59,236 bases of DNA, filler included, from Sphacelaria rigidula (GCA_964200075.2; 7 parts of 7 records of this genome joined end to end with filler, not necessarily neighbours in it), one strand, 5' to 3'; counted from the first letter of the whole stretch, positions 25,433 to 38,518 are shown. Numbers and translations are program-made. The notes: generated by a model from the letters alone, not told the origin.

Positions 25433-26959
25433 CTTTGTAGGGATGCGAGGTCAATGGTCTGATGACTATGGCATGCATGATCACGAGTATACCCCGCCAT
25501 CCCCACGCTAAAACATGTGAGACTGTCCCTGTACGAAAGATCCCAAAACGTTTCACGCCTCGCCACCTTTGTTCGGCCTCAGATCGCCCCTCTTTCACAC
25601 CACCATGATCACCATGTCTGTGGTTTCGAACCTGTCGCATCGGCGCTGACCGGTGTCCCTGCAGCACAGGACAACAGTGTTTAAACCGTACTGAGGTGCT
25701 CTACGCCGAACGAGAGCTCTGAAAACGTCATGAAAACATGTTTTCCTTCATCTTTTCGCGCGGTTCCAAGGGGAACAAGACACAAAACGCAGGGGTCTAC
25801 GCCTGTCCAAGACGCTGCCGCCGTTCGGTCAAGGAGCAGTGGAGAGATGTGGCCATCTGAACGCTGTATTTCGGGTGAAAACGGGAAAATGACCGTTGCT
25901 TGGCTGCCCGGCCGGTAACGCCCTGTTCGCCACCGGCCATCCGGACGAAGATTGGTCACGTCACCCGTACACACCCAAGAGCTCAAGCTTTTCACTGTAG
26001 ATCGCCTCCATCTAATTAGAAATGCGAACGTGTTAGCGCCAACCGCAATGATATTGAGCTTCGACTGTCCTTTTTTTCCGTTGAAATCGTACACCTGTCG
26101 ACGACCACCAACTTGACGGTGCTGAACGACCCTCTTGAAACTTCGGCCGCCATGACCTTGCCGATCTGGGTCGAGTTTCCGCGGTGGCTAAATGCCCCTG
26201 GTCGACCTTGTTGATCAAGTCTGAGACACCAGAAAAGTCTACAGTCCATGGAAAGAAAAAAATCATGGTTTTGCCAAGCCCCGTGCGCTCAACGGAGCGT
26301 ATCACTTCCGGGCAGGCGGCAAACCCATTCCTGTTCATTTTGCTCTCATTTTTTTGTCCGCTGTCCACACCGTGTTTGCAGTCTCCAGAAGACGTGACCG
26401 TTGTGAAGGATACACTGGGGTGGATAGATGGGTAGCACCAAGTTTTGCTGGAAAGAGAAAAAAGGAGAGAAAAAACTAGGGTGCGTGTGGTCGTGGTAGG
26501 TGGAGTGGGAAGATATATGCGCTGCGCGGGTCGTTTACGAGTCCGTGCCAATGGCTGTGAAGAGCTCCACGCGTTTCCTGGTGCCCCCGTTACGTTGGGT
26601 GACGAACTGACGTTCTCCCCCACAACAACTCCGGCAATCGAGCTATCTGTCATCCTCTAAAAGTGAACTCTGTCGTGCTCGTATTCCGATCAGCCTCTTT
26701 TCCTGTGTGGCTCCGTGACTTGAAACACAGACACAGACACACAATGGGGCGAATTAGACTGTAGCCAAGACCAAGCAAGACTTGATCCATGAACCTGGGG
26801 GACATCAACACCGATCTCTCGAACAACACGAGCATGTGCACACGACTCATGAGATGCAAAAAAAAGGTCCTTATCCTGCCTGCCCAATCCCACCCCATCC
26901 TCCACACACCCTCGAGCATCACATGACAACACCACCGCTGAGTGCATCACATCACACAC

Positions 26960-27147
26960 TTCCTCGCCTTTCGTTCGAGTTTGTGCAGCAGGGATCGGGC
27001 CTCCACCGTAGCGATTGCTCCGTCTCCGCTGCTTCTCCACGCATCGCCACCGAACTTCCGTTTGATGTTCTTGTTTGATGCAGCGGCCACGACTTTCGGC
27101 GTTTCGCCAGATTCGGAGTCGGTTGTCATCTTAGCGAGCATTGCCAA
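26960..27147 (-). CDS. Exon of an uncharacterised protein
   Basis: Pyrimidine tract + cag|LAMLAKMTTDSESGETPK...LLHKLERKAR|gt. Confidence 0.55.
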
Positions 27148-27494
27148 CTGCGGGGGTGGGGGAAACAGGAGGCGGCGGTGGGGGGAGCGGGGGGAGAGAA
27201 GGGTCACTACTGTGAGCTCACCAACCTCTCCAGCCGAAACCGTGTTTCAAACCCTGGTCCATTTGGGGACTCCCCTACTCAACCCTCATTCTGTGAAGTT
27301 GGACGCACCCATGGTGAAGACCACGGAAAACACTCGCCGAAGGAAACTCGGAAGAGGGGCTGCAGAAGCTCTAAAAAGTCCTTTGTCCCCTGTCAGTACG
27401 AGACCGTTAACCCCACTTGCAGGGTAAGGTTTACGCGCCCAGCACACGCCAACGCAAAGGCGAAAAAATAGAGCCATCACCGACACAAACTGAC

Positions 27495-27597
27495 CTGCTC
27501 TGGAGTGAGCTTCTGGCCCTGGTTCAGCTTCCTCCGTAGGAAGCTCGCCAACGCCTCGTCCTTGTTCGATACGATCTTACCCCCGGGCCAAGCGATC
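27495..27597 (-). CDS. Exon of an uncharacterised protein
   Basis: cag|g IAWPGGKIVSNKDEALASFLRRKLNQGQKLTPEQ|gtcag; splices in frame to the next exon. Confidence 0.6.
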
Positions 27598-28574
27598 CTG
27601 CGAAACGGTCACACAAGCGCACAAAGAAATGTCGAAGGCTGATGCCGTCGCTTCGCAACACAAGGATGCGTATATTCCGGAGGTTATCATACACAATATC
27701 AATCCCGCCGGCTATTTTCGAGTGTTTCGGGCTTCAAGACTACCACCACCAACTGATGATGTACCGTGAGCGACCTCAAGTTGGCACGGAGGTCGGTGAG
27801 ATCGCACAGGGGTGCGCTGATTGCGGGAAACTCCCACCTCGGGCCTGAGGTTGCTTGTTACCACCTGTGATATAATGCGGGGTATCGCGGCGAAGAATAC
27901 GCCCATGTATCGCGACGTGTATGATCGCAGCTCTACTGATCATACGTGGAACATTGGCAGTGAACAAGTCGGTTTGTCGTGTCTCTTGGTTAGTGGGTTA
28001 ACGGAATCCATTTAACACTCAAAAATAACGTTGATGTCGAAACCCAAGACCGATTGAATATTCCATTCGCTGCGCGAAAAATTAACCATTTACAGGAAAA
28101 CACAACACCACATGAAAAACGGTAATAGTAATGCTGCTGTGATTTCTTGCGGTATTGCACGGGTCGCTAACAACGCACGAGAGTGCCCGCACTTACTTTG
28201 AAATGAACCGATCGATTTGGTTCAATTGCCGCGCTGAGGTGGTTGAGTTGTGGCACGGTTGTGCGCTAAGAAACAAGAACGAAATAATGCTTGAACACAT
28301 CGCACCGGAGTGCTAAATCAATCATACGTACAGTATTTCAGGTAGGGGTGGTCAAAGAGTGCCAAAATAGCCGGAAACACACCGCCGGGGGTGTTATTCG
28401 ACGTATCAAGAAACGAAGAATACAGATGTCAACTTGTGCGAACCAACGGAACGTATCGAGCAGAACGTGCGAATTTTTTGTCGCATCGCAGTCCCACCGC
28501 CTCGTCAAGCTTGAATCTGCGCCCGGTCCAACTCACGCCTTGGCGAGGACACTGATACTCCCTGCTCGAGATTG

Positions 28575-28690
28575 AAGCCTAGTCGGACGACAACCCGGCG
28601 TGCTCCGTCTCGGTTTTGTAGGGATGGGAGGTCAATGGCCATATGACTAATGGCATGCAAGATCATGAGTACACCACCCTTCGCTCGAGG
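28575..28690 (+). repeat. Dispersed short repeat family
   Basis: CCGGCGTGCTCCGTC..GTAGGGATG..GACTA.TGGCA.GCAAGATCATGAG; related copies at ~25245-25332, 25433-25500 and 55262-55380 (minus). Confidence 0.75.
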
Positions 28691-29689
28691 GTCCTCGACA
28701 TGCCCGAGGTTGGGATCCGGGTTAGGCGAAGACTTCGGTTCAACAGAAACAAAGCGTGTTCACTCACGACTTGTGGGGAACCGGGTTGTGGAGAAACTCC
28801 CTCGCTCAAGTAGTACTGACTTGTGTTGTCAGGTACTGGTGGTCGAGGTCATTGGATAATTTTGGTTGCTTCCTTGTACATGTTGCGATGAATAACACCA
28901 AGAACGCGAACACAAAAATTACGGGGACGGCGGTGTCCCTTGCGATATGGAACGCGCTGTGCGCGTGACGGGACATGACATGGCAGGGTGCTCCTGCACA
29001 CGAGTATTGATCCAGAGCGCCTATTCGCCAAAAAAAGGTAGGCGTATACACTACACAACACAACAGGTCGAGTATAGTAGAAGCAGAACAACCCACGGTA
29101 TTGACAGCAATTGTAGACGATGGGTGCGGTCCATCTTGAGCGGGACAGAGAGCGTGTAGGCTTCAGCTTCCCACTCGGTATAGGGTGTACGGAGCGTGTG
29201 GAAACGCGACGTGAACTTCGAGTTGGCGATGTCTTGTGTTTGCACATGCAGGGCTCGGGACAAGGAAATGGACTGATTGTCGGTGTTGGGTGCCGACGCC
29301 CGGGATGATGAGCATGACCACAGCCAGCACTAGGCGTTGAAAAATGACGGTCCCGCGGTAAACAGGGCCGGGATGACAGTCCGGGTCAGCGTTTCAGATA
29401 GCTCTTGTCGCGTTGCGGCACCGCAACATATTGGTTGAAAATCTGGAAAAGCGAACATCATGCGCACACGTCCCTGCTGTGGCTTGCAGGAACGAAAAAA
29501 AAATGGGTGCGGCATTTCCGCCGTAGACGAAAAACAATGGGATACGTTGGACTAAAATAGTTTTTATGGTAGTCACCAAACTCGATCTATACGCACATCG
29601 GGGTGCGTCAAATCGGGAAACGCGTTTCACGGACCCCAATATGGGCCAGATCAGGGAAGTGTAAATCAGGATGTTACGATTCAATAACG

Positions 29690-31450
29690 TTTTTCCCCCA
29701 TTTTTCGCCAAAATCGAGGAGAACCTGAGGTTCCCCCTACCTGTAGGAAGTGATGTACGTGCAGTGACGTACGGTGGTAGGGCAACAAGCGTTTGCATTT
29801 TTTGCAAACGCAGCAGTGGACAGTAACGTCGCAGCGCAGACCGTGCCTGCCCGCGCAAGCTGCTGTAACAGCTTCGCGCGAGGTTTGACGTGCGGATAAG
29901 TGTTGACACCGTATCATGCGGCGATGGTGTGTTTCATGCTGCACCGCGCTGTCGTGTGTATCGCCATAACGTCCGGTACCGTACTATCCTAGTCCCTTGT
30001 TGTCACTGTACTTGCGGGGTGATGTTCCGCACCGCCCTGCTCAAGTCTTCTCGCACACTGCTCAGGCCGCTTCTTCTAGACTGAAAAAGTCACTGAACAA
30101 AGTTCTGGCGACCGACTTTTCTCAGCGACATTTTCAGATGAATCAATTTCCGAGACCCCATCTTTCAGTCAATGAAAAAAACCCTGGGGATTTGTACGTC
30201 CACGGCTATCATCTAGTCTGCGTGCACACGATGGTAGTGGTCATCGTTTGTGTTTCGTGCTTGTGCCAACTGCGGTACACCAACACGTTATCTTGTCCAG
30301 GTGCAAAATAAATGGGATGGCAACACACGCAGTAGCTACTAGTATGATCGGGGTCGAAAGAACAGGCGTATGAACCCTTACTTCAGCCCACCGCCGCTTG
30401 GTGCAGTAGAGTGTCGCGAGCGATGTAGTGTGCAGCAGAATGGTTTGCGTCATACCGCACACGAAAAACTCATGCGACAGTAAGTAGTGCGACAGTAAGT
30501 AGTGCGATAGCAACAGAGTCGGTACACAGGACACTACAGGGTTCACAATAGCTGATAGGCATGAGTATTAAACTATATGAGCATTCATTACAGCCAGCAC
30601 ATGTTGTATAGTAGTAACGCTGCTAGCGAAAAAGCATGCTACTGACTGTCCCTGGTCCTACGGTCATAAAGACGATGCACGGAGTGCTGCAGCAGCTGTG
30701 CTGCTACGGTACAGTACATGAAGTACAACATGCACAACTACTTCTGCTCTCACGGTACTACCCTTGTATGCGAGGAGTGTGTAATGGAGCACTTACTGTA
30801 CCATTGCGGGTGCGGTGCGTGAGGAGAGTGTAACTATTAAGACAATTTGACCTCACCGATAATTGACCACTTTCCTCGGCCAGATTTGACAAAATTTCGC
30901 CGACAGAAAAAATCTCGCAGTTTCCAGAGAGAATCTTCATGCACAATGGCCCGGAAAGACCATCCTTCATGGCAGTCACCAATGTCGATTTTTTCGAGCA
31001 TCGAGGGAAAAAAATCGAGAAACGCATTTTATGCGTACCTGGGGAGAAAAAATCGAGGTATCATCATCTCAGAACTATTTCCCCCGATTTTTTCGGAAAA
31101 AACGGGAGAAAGCTGAGGTCTCCCTGATTTTGAGGAGGTATAACTAACACGTGCATTGACGTACAGTGTTGGGATACGAGGCGTTTGATATTTTTGCAAT
31201 CGCAGCAGAAGACAGCCTCGTGACAACGCAGGGAGTGGCGGCCCGAGCCGGCTGCTGAAGCAGCTTTGCACGGGGTTTCACGTGCGGATAAGAAGTGTTG
31301 ACGCCGTACGGCGATGGTAGCAATATATGCTGCACTGCCATACACTATAGCAATCGATACTGTCCTGCAGTATCCTAGTCTGTTGTCGATGAACTGGCAG
31401 GGTGATGTATGGCACTGCACAGCTAAACTCTTCTCGCGCACTGTTTGTTC
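29690..31450. repeat. Two diverged ~380-bp direct repeats (29690-30065 and 31075-31450)
   Basis: Shared CTGAGGT..GACGTAC..TTTTTGCAA.CGCAGCAG..ACGTGCGGATAAG..TATCCTAGTC..TCTTCTCGC. Confidence 0.75.
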
Positions 31451-33052
31451 ACTGCTCCATCGTTACAGCACATGACAGTTTGGGGTCTCCACGAAGTCTA
31501 AATTCGTTCCCAGAAAAACTGCTCTTATTTCTTGCCGAAGACGGAGAAATTGACAAAACGGCCGAGTAATCTTGAACAGCACTCGTGTTGTAGCGATTTC
31601 AGGTGAAACTTGTGTGGATATCTTCAGAACTCGCCTCCAGCGGCCCTCCGGAGGCGCCTCCCAGCGGGGGCCGCTGGCGGGCCGAAATGCCGCGACACCC
31701 CTATACAACGTCCTGCGACCCATCTGAAACGCTGGTCCGGGTTGATGGACCCGGGTCATTGGTAGATCACTATAGTGAGCGGGTCGGGCCAGTGGAGATG
31801 GTGATCACCAATCACATACAACAGTAACGTTGATGTTTCAAAACAATTTTCAATTTTCGGCTTTTACTACGAGCTGGGCCAGCCTAGGCACGGATTGAAG
31901 CTCTTAAAGCAATATCTCGTCGACACGGACGAGTTGGGCTATGATCGGATGTGGTATTAATCGTCTAACCAAGGGGAAGGTGCCCATCTGCTCAAAATTT
32001 TGGGCCCATATTTAATCGTTGATCAAACACCACGTCTAGTAATTCCTGTAGGGCTGAAGTGGAGAAACACAGCACACACACCTTCGTTTTTCCTTGCCTT
32101 GATTCGAGGCAACAGAAAAAATCCTTCGCACTCGTATATGGAAACAAACATCTTGATCCCGCAAAACTTCACATGTGGACATATCGTGTCACCCACGCGC
32201 AGTTTGCTTCCGCCGTTGGTAATCCTTGCCATGCCATACAGCTAGGCGTTGTTATAGCAGGATGACGAACGGCACACGTACGAAACCGTGGAACGGGAGG
32301 GGTTTGCCTACAACACGAAGGATATAAAAATTTGGGAGGAGAATGCGAACAACCTGTCCCAGGCGAGGTAGCGAGCTCGACCCAACCCAAGCCCTGATCC
32401 TAACCCATAACCCCTGGGCTATCTATTTTCACATCGCCGAATATATTCGAATCTGTTGCAGCTCTGTACAGACAAGTACAGCTAGCTAGTACAGTGCTAA
32501 CTGGCGTAAGGGAATCCCTCAAGCAGTGTCTGATGTGTATTGTCTGATGTGTGTCGATATAACTTCCAGACCTTTCTGCGTAGAGCTCACCGTTTGGGAA
32601 TAGGGGGTGGCGGGGTCACCGTCTGCGATTGCCAAGGCTTAGCGGCCAGGTCTTCGTTGAAGGCCCGTAGGCACACGATCTTCGATGTTGATGGGGCCGC
32701 CATGATAGTTATTTTCTCTCTCCAGTGCTTGAGACTCGTGAAACAATCGCGAAAGGAAGACTAAAACTCGGAAGACCTCCTCGTGCAAGGGAAGAAACAG
32801 ACTAGACGACTCAACCAAAAACCCGTTTCCTAGAGTACGACTATTTCCAACGCGGTCTGAAACGCGTAACCGAAGTATATCTCGCCGCATTTCGCCGCGG
32901 AGCAACTCGCCCGACGAACACGCACCAGCGGCCACCTACCACATGAAAGGTACGACGCACCAGTGCAATCGACGGCTTCTGACAGAAATAGCGTCCGCGA
33001 TCGCACCACCAAAATCTCTGCGGTGGCTCGTCACGAACTGTCAAGAAGGCGC

Positions 33053-33289
33053 ATGAAGCCGCAAAGGCAGGTGTTGAAATCTCGATGGGGTCTAGACCCA
33101 GTGGTGGTTGGTGAAACGAGGAGGGAAATCGAGGAGGACGAGCTGGGGATGGAGTGCCAGGCTAACAGCCGCACAGAAGGCGGAGATCTTGAGGAAACGG
33201 AAGAAACAGGCGTGATTCTGTGGGACTGTGCTCAGGTGCTGTGGGATTTGCTGTCAAACCCATGCAGCTCACTTTCGGTGCAAGGCAAG
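33053..33289 (+). CDS. Family-16 (METTL21/EEF1AKMT-like) protein lysine methyltransferase, probable first exon
   Basis: ATG...ETGVILWDCAQVLWDLL...SVQGK|gt; TG..LWD.A..L followed by GK precedes motif I (VLELG.G) in this family. Confidence 0.7.
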
Positions 33290-33594
33290 GTGATCGGTGA
33301 GAGCGGTGAGGCAGGGTGCAGTACCGTCAGTGGCTCGTCCATAGTACAATAGAACACCCCACGACCCACGAGCGATCATCTATACAATACTGAAGGGGCT
33401 GACATGAATCTTTCAATGAGATGTGCAGCTTCGAGTTTTTAGGCGTAGATTTTTTTTCCCCCTTGGATAGCTCTTGCTCGCTGTGTTCCGCTGTCCTCCT
33501 GCTACCATTTCGACGTTCCAGCACAAGAGGATGCTGGCGGTCGCCTCGTCACACACAGGTAATGCACTTACGACAATCCTTGCGTACTGTGAGC

Positions 33595-33690
33595 CCCGTC
33601 GCCCGGGTAGCTCAGTTGGTGACTCCAAACCTCCTAACGGTTGGGATGTGGGTCCGAATCTCGGTGAAATCACACGATCTGAGGTTTATT
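33595..33690 (+). mobile_element. tRNA-derived SINE head
   Basis: GTCGCCCGGGTAGCTCAGTTGG..ACGGTTGGG..GGTCCGAATC; homologous to the head at 15120-15199. Confidence 0.6.
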
Positions 33691-33702
33691 CTCGCATCGT
33701 GG

Positions 33703-33742
<40 letters not shown>

Positions 33743-33809
33743 TGGGGGGCGGTGGGCGCGGGCGGGGGGGGGAGCGCCAGCCCCCCCACATGTCGCAATC
33801 GCCCTCAGC

Positions 33810-33909
33810 NNNNNNNNNNNNNNNNNNNNNNNNNNNNNNNNNNNNNNNNNNNNTTAATTAATTAANNNNNNNNNNNNNNNNNNNNNNNNNNNNNNNNNNN
33901 NNNNNNNNN
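33810..33909. other. Artificial contig-joining spacer
   Basis: 44N + TTAATTAATTAA + 44N. Confidence 0.98.
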
Positions 33910-34051
33910 TCCAACGCTTGGGTTCGTTCTAGCCAATGTCGCCAAAATGACGCGCTTCATGCGGCCTGAACCCGAACATCAGGCGCTGTATGGTCATTTT
34001 TTTCGTGACACCTTTAGCTGGTTTTGGGGAGGGGCTATCGTAGAAAGTGTC
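33910..34051 (-). mobile_element. Partial MITE (GACACTTTCTACGA TIR family) inserted in gypsy pol
   Basis: Reverse complement of 35516-35660; cut by the contig end. Confidence 0.8.
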
Positions 34052-36751
34052 GGAAGCGTGAAGTTGATTTGCGTCATTTTCTTCGGGAAATATTGCTGTA
34101 CTGGGTAGGAGATACCGTCCAACACCGCCCGTTGAATAAGGGATATCGGTCGATGCGCAAGGGAGCTGCCGCTCGGGAACTGGCACATGAACACTCAGCG
34201 CGGTTTGTTATGACAGGCTATAGACTTCTTTCGCGTTCACAATACATGCAGTGTTTTCATGGAAAACGATTGCCGAAAGGGGCGTATTTTTTATATAAGG
34301 CCTTGGATTCACTGTGGTGGTTGGATAAAGTTCATTTGGTCGATCCTGCGTCTGACCACTCCTACTTTATCCGTTTCCTCGATGACCCGAGCCCCCTTAA
34401 GATTCGCTTGGATGATGCTTACTACACCGAGGAGCCGACCGCTCGGAGGGGATCCTGGTGCCTCCAACGACACGACCAAAGCGAATTCGAAACAGCCGTT
34501 CCACGGAACACGGACACCGCTTGGGATGCAGATGACTCAGGATGCCGCATCCGAGTCTGCTTCCACATTCACCTTGCGTAATGTACCGCGTTCGAACCGC
34601 TTGTCTTAAACCGTAGCGTCGTTGGAAAACCATGTGCTCCCTCCCCCTCCCCCCCCTTCATCTTTTTTTCGTACTGATTAGCCCCGTACTTGTAACGGTT
34701 GATGTTGTGTTTCGTATGTTGTGTTTGATCTTTTGTTTTCGTTTTTTTGTGTTTTGTGTTTTGGTTTTCTTTGCCTTTGCGTCATTTGTTTCGATTTGTT
34801 GTTGTCTTTGTTTTTCTTTGTTTTTTTCACTTATTTTCTTCTCTTTTTGCCTCGAGCTTTGTTTTCGATTTGTTTTGTTCAATGGATAATTTTCTTGGTT
34901 AACCCTGGGTTCATCTGGCAAAGTACAAGTGATGACCGTTCCATTCCTGACCCCGAGTCTGGAACCTTGAACCTCCGTCGTCCGCGCCGTACATTCACAA
35001 CCATGCCGTCTGCTGGCACAGTTGCCACAAGTTATTTATTCTTCCATTGTTTTCATTGTACGCACATCTTGTCTTGCTTTGTTATTACATGGTCTTTATT
35101 GCTGATTTGTTTGTTCTGATGGAAGAGTTTCCGGAGAAAGCGCCAGCCATACCTGACGCCCACGTCTGGAATATTTGCGCACTTGTTCAATCGCTCCGCA
35201 CGCAAATGCCGCCTCCCTCTTCGGGACCGGTCATGACGTACCTTTTTCTGTGTCATATGTTGTCGTTTATTTTTTTGTCTTTTCGGTTGAGAGTTGCAGG
35301 AGCGAGCGCTGCATATACCTGACCTCCCTGTCTGGAATAATTGCGCTCTTGCCCAACCGCTCCGTACACACATACCGCCTCCTCCTTCGGGATCGGTCGT
35401 GACGTGTCCCCTTTTTGTGTGCGTGCCACGCTGAGTTTTGCATTAACATGGGCGATCGTAGCCGAAGCAGAATGCCTGAAATGCTTTGACCTTCTTGATT
35501 GAAACGTTTGACCCTGACACTTTCTACGATACCCCCCCCCCCAAAACCAGCCCAAAAGTGTCACGAAAAAAATGGCCATCCAGCGCCCAATGTTTGGGTT
35601 CAGGCTGCACTGCACTAAGCGCCTCATATTGGCAACATTGGCGAGAACGAGCACAAGCGTGAGAATTCCCAGCTGCTCGTTGTGCGCGGATTTTCCCATT
35701 TCGATTTACTTGAAGATTTCGCCTCCCAAAACCATGCACTTTTGGGCGGGGGGCTGTCGTAGAAAGTGTCCCCTGCTTGCTTCATACACACGATAACCGC
35801 TCCCGTTCGCAAGGACGGTTGCCACGTGTTGTCTCTCTGCTTTATGTTGCGGATATTTCGTTTTCGCCGTTGCCCAGCGTGCCCCTGGGTTTGTATTTAT
35901 TTTTGGTCTTGCTTTTTGCGTCTATGACGGGAATTTGCCATGAGTGCTCCAACGTTCCTGACCCTTGAGTCTAGAACACTTGGCCTATTTTTAAGCGAAT
36001 CCTGCCACGTTTGACCAACCTCGTTTGAAGGAGGGTCACGGGTGATGCGACGCGATAATTTATACTCGGTGATTGGTAAGTTACAGCCAGATCACCACTG
36101 ACCACGTCGTACATAGCGGTGTTACTTTTGTCATGAAGTCACGGTATAATCGGCTGCGAACGTCTCCTCATAGAGGACAATTACGTATCATGATGAGATA
36201 GATTGCTCTCCCGGAACTGTCCGTTCCGCCATGTCGATATTCGACCGTTGGTACAGCCTACAAGCTCAGAGTCCGCCACTCGCTATTTTTTTCTGTCACT
36301 TTTACCAATTTTTTGCGTACAATTACCCGCCCCTGAAATCGGTCGGTGGTGGTTTGTTTTTATCAGGGTTTATTGGACGAAGTAACGTGAAGGTACGACC
36401 GGCTGGGGTTTTTACTCCAGTTTGTGTTCGGGCCAGTCTCGTTTTAGTCCGAACGAGCAAACACTGTGAAGAGTGGGCTGCGTTGGTCCTCTCTGTCCAG
36501 TGTAGTTGTCGTGGTTCAGAAACGTGTTGGGCAATCCGCCTTGGAACTACGTAGTAGGCCCGAAGGTTGTGCATTGACTCCACCACCTTTCTTTTTGACG
36601 TGTACGGGCACCTGACCTCACAAACCGGTCGGCTGTTTTCGTATCGTCGTGTGATAAAAAAAAGAAAAACTGTACGGCTGGATCATCAACCAGACGTCCG
36701 AAGCAAGTCGTTGCTCTCACAAACATGTACCGACAGTTAACTCACGTATCA
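34052..36751 (+). mobile_element. 3' part of a gypsy element (family B): pol tail, long 3' region, putative PPT and LTR
   Basis: 34052-34540 translates to a close homologue of the 46738-47160 pol tail; purine-rich GAAGGAGGGTCACGGG precedes TGATGCG (36043)...CGTATCA (36751); LTR limits tentative. Confidence 0.7.
35516..35770. mobile_element. MITE, 255 bp, 4-bp TSD
   Basis: TIRs GACACTTTCTACGATACCCCCC / GGGGGGCTGTCGTAGAAAGTGTC; CCCT on both flanks. Confidence 0.88.
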
Positions 36752-37824
36752 TGCTAATTGGTGTTTTGTATCAAGGTATGGTGTTCGCGGGAAACTACCA
36801 TTTCCGCGACAAATTCGGCTGTACGTTGCTGGCTTTCGCTGATTGACTAGGACGAGTGATTAGCATGAACTTGGTTATCGGATTGATGAAATGCCTTGGC
36901 GGGCTTGCTTGTTTTTCCACCAATGACCTAAAACAAATCGGATACCCGGAAAAAAGTGAACTATTTATACATGTTATATATATATATGGCAGGGTAGGAT
37001 AACCGTTTAAATGATAGGTCTCTGATTTCCTGTGGCTATCCCGGAAATGCTCACGACATTCTGAAGACACTGCATTTTGTAGTATATGGTGTAATTGTTG
37101 AGTTTGGATTTTTTAGTTTGGATTTCCTATGACTCTTCTAAAGGGCTCACGGAACATGAGAACAAAAAATATTGTATCGGTGCGATTTTGTTTCTTTTGC
37201 TTTGTGCTTGTGTTTATAGGTTATTGATTTTTTTGTGCTGATCGCCCCTTCCCGTACCCCGTACCCACGAAGACTCGAATTTCAAATGGACTCTCAGTTT
37301 TCTGTGGTGTGGGAGAGGTGTGGCTCGATACACGTTCGTCCCTTTTGGAGAAGGAACTGCACTTGAACGATCCAGGATGGGCTAATGTGATGGTAAATGA
37401 CTGAGAGACGGAATTAAACCCGTTCTTTGGGATTTGTAGATGATCCCCAGAAACGACCGGCGGGTATGAACAGATTCTAGTCGGATGTGTGCTTGCGTAA
37501 CGTAGAAACTGGACTAATACAGTCCATCGTCGTTATTGCGCCTGCAGGCTGTAGTCGGATTGATTGTATCGGATAAGCCATATGGGGCACGTGCCTGCCA
37601 AAATAGGTAGATAAAAGGGCACGCGCCACAACGAGTTGGTATTTTGGCCATTGTATGCGTGGCGAGGAGTTTTTGAGGGCAAGCGCGAGCAGCGCCCAAC
37701 ATCGCCCAGAGAGAGGCTTACCGTAGAAACTAATCACAGGAAGGACCACCAGCTTTCATCTGCTCTACGCGACTTCTCATCTTCAGGACGGCAAGCCGTG
37801 GCAAGCTAACGAGAGTGAGTCACG

Positions 37825-38446
37825 TGTAACGTATCCCTTTTGTGTCCTTTTGCTTTTCCTTTATTGAAAGAGCTCGGTGCTTACTTTCAATAACAGCTGT
37901 CTGCTGTTGACAAGTGCTGTGTGCGAAATACCCTACTACTTGAGTTAACGAGTCGAAAACAGGACCAGTGGGTCTGTTACAGGGTGGATAATGACCCTGT
38001 ATAGTAGACTATAGAGCAATTGGATCATGGCTACACCTTCATCAGTCTAATGATGACTTGGTGGGAAACATATCGTGCAACTCCGTCCCCTACCGGCCAC
38101 AGAGAAAAGCACACGAAAGCAAACCAATTCTGAAGGCAAAACTGATAATCGTCGCCCGACTATTGTATTGCACTTCGTATCTGCTGACCACTGCTAACGA
38201 CACGCATCATCCACCAAGGATCGACCCACATGCTGAGCAAGGTGCTTGTGCACATCTTCACTTCTGCACTAGGACTGAGACAGGCAAGATCCACTCTGTG
38301 TTGCGTGGTTCCTACCGTAGGTTTGATCGTATCGGAATGAAAGTGTCACGGTAATTAGGTAGCCAGCGAAGTCTGGTGTGAAACGTGTCCCCGATCGGTA
38401 GAGGTCCCTGCGTGCCTAACACAGACACATCTTTGCGTCTGCGACA
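37825..38446 (+). mobile_element. Putative solo LTR
   Basis: TGT...ACA termini, followed directly by a TGG-starting tRNA complement (PBS geometry); GAGTCACG direct repeat at 37817-37824 and 38521-38528. Confidence 0.55.
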
Positions 38447-38518
38447 TGGTGTCCAATCCGAGAATCGAACTCGGGTTTCCACAGCCACAATGTGGTGTAC
38501 TGACCGCATTTTTGTACG
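38447..38518 (-). pseudogene. Reverse-transcribed copy of mature tRNA-His(GTG), lacking the 5' acceptor strand
   Basis: Minus strand: GTAC-loop-GTAC D arm; CCACA-TTGTGGC-TGTGG anticodon arm; CCGAG-TTCGATT-CTCGG T arm; ATTGGAC-A-CCA end. Confidence 0.85.

Noticed and set aside
34632-34890. Hydrophobic env-like ORFs in T-rich tracts (also 45916-46656)
   Set aside because: The Phe/Leu/Cys richness follows from poly-T/TG composition
38447-38518. Functional tRNA-His gene
   Set aside because: The 5' acceptor strand (expected GTCCAAT) is missing and CCA is encoded
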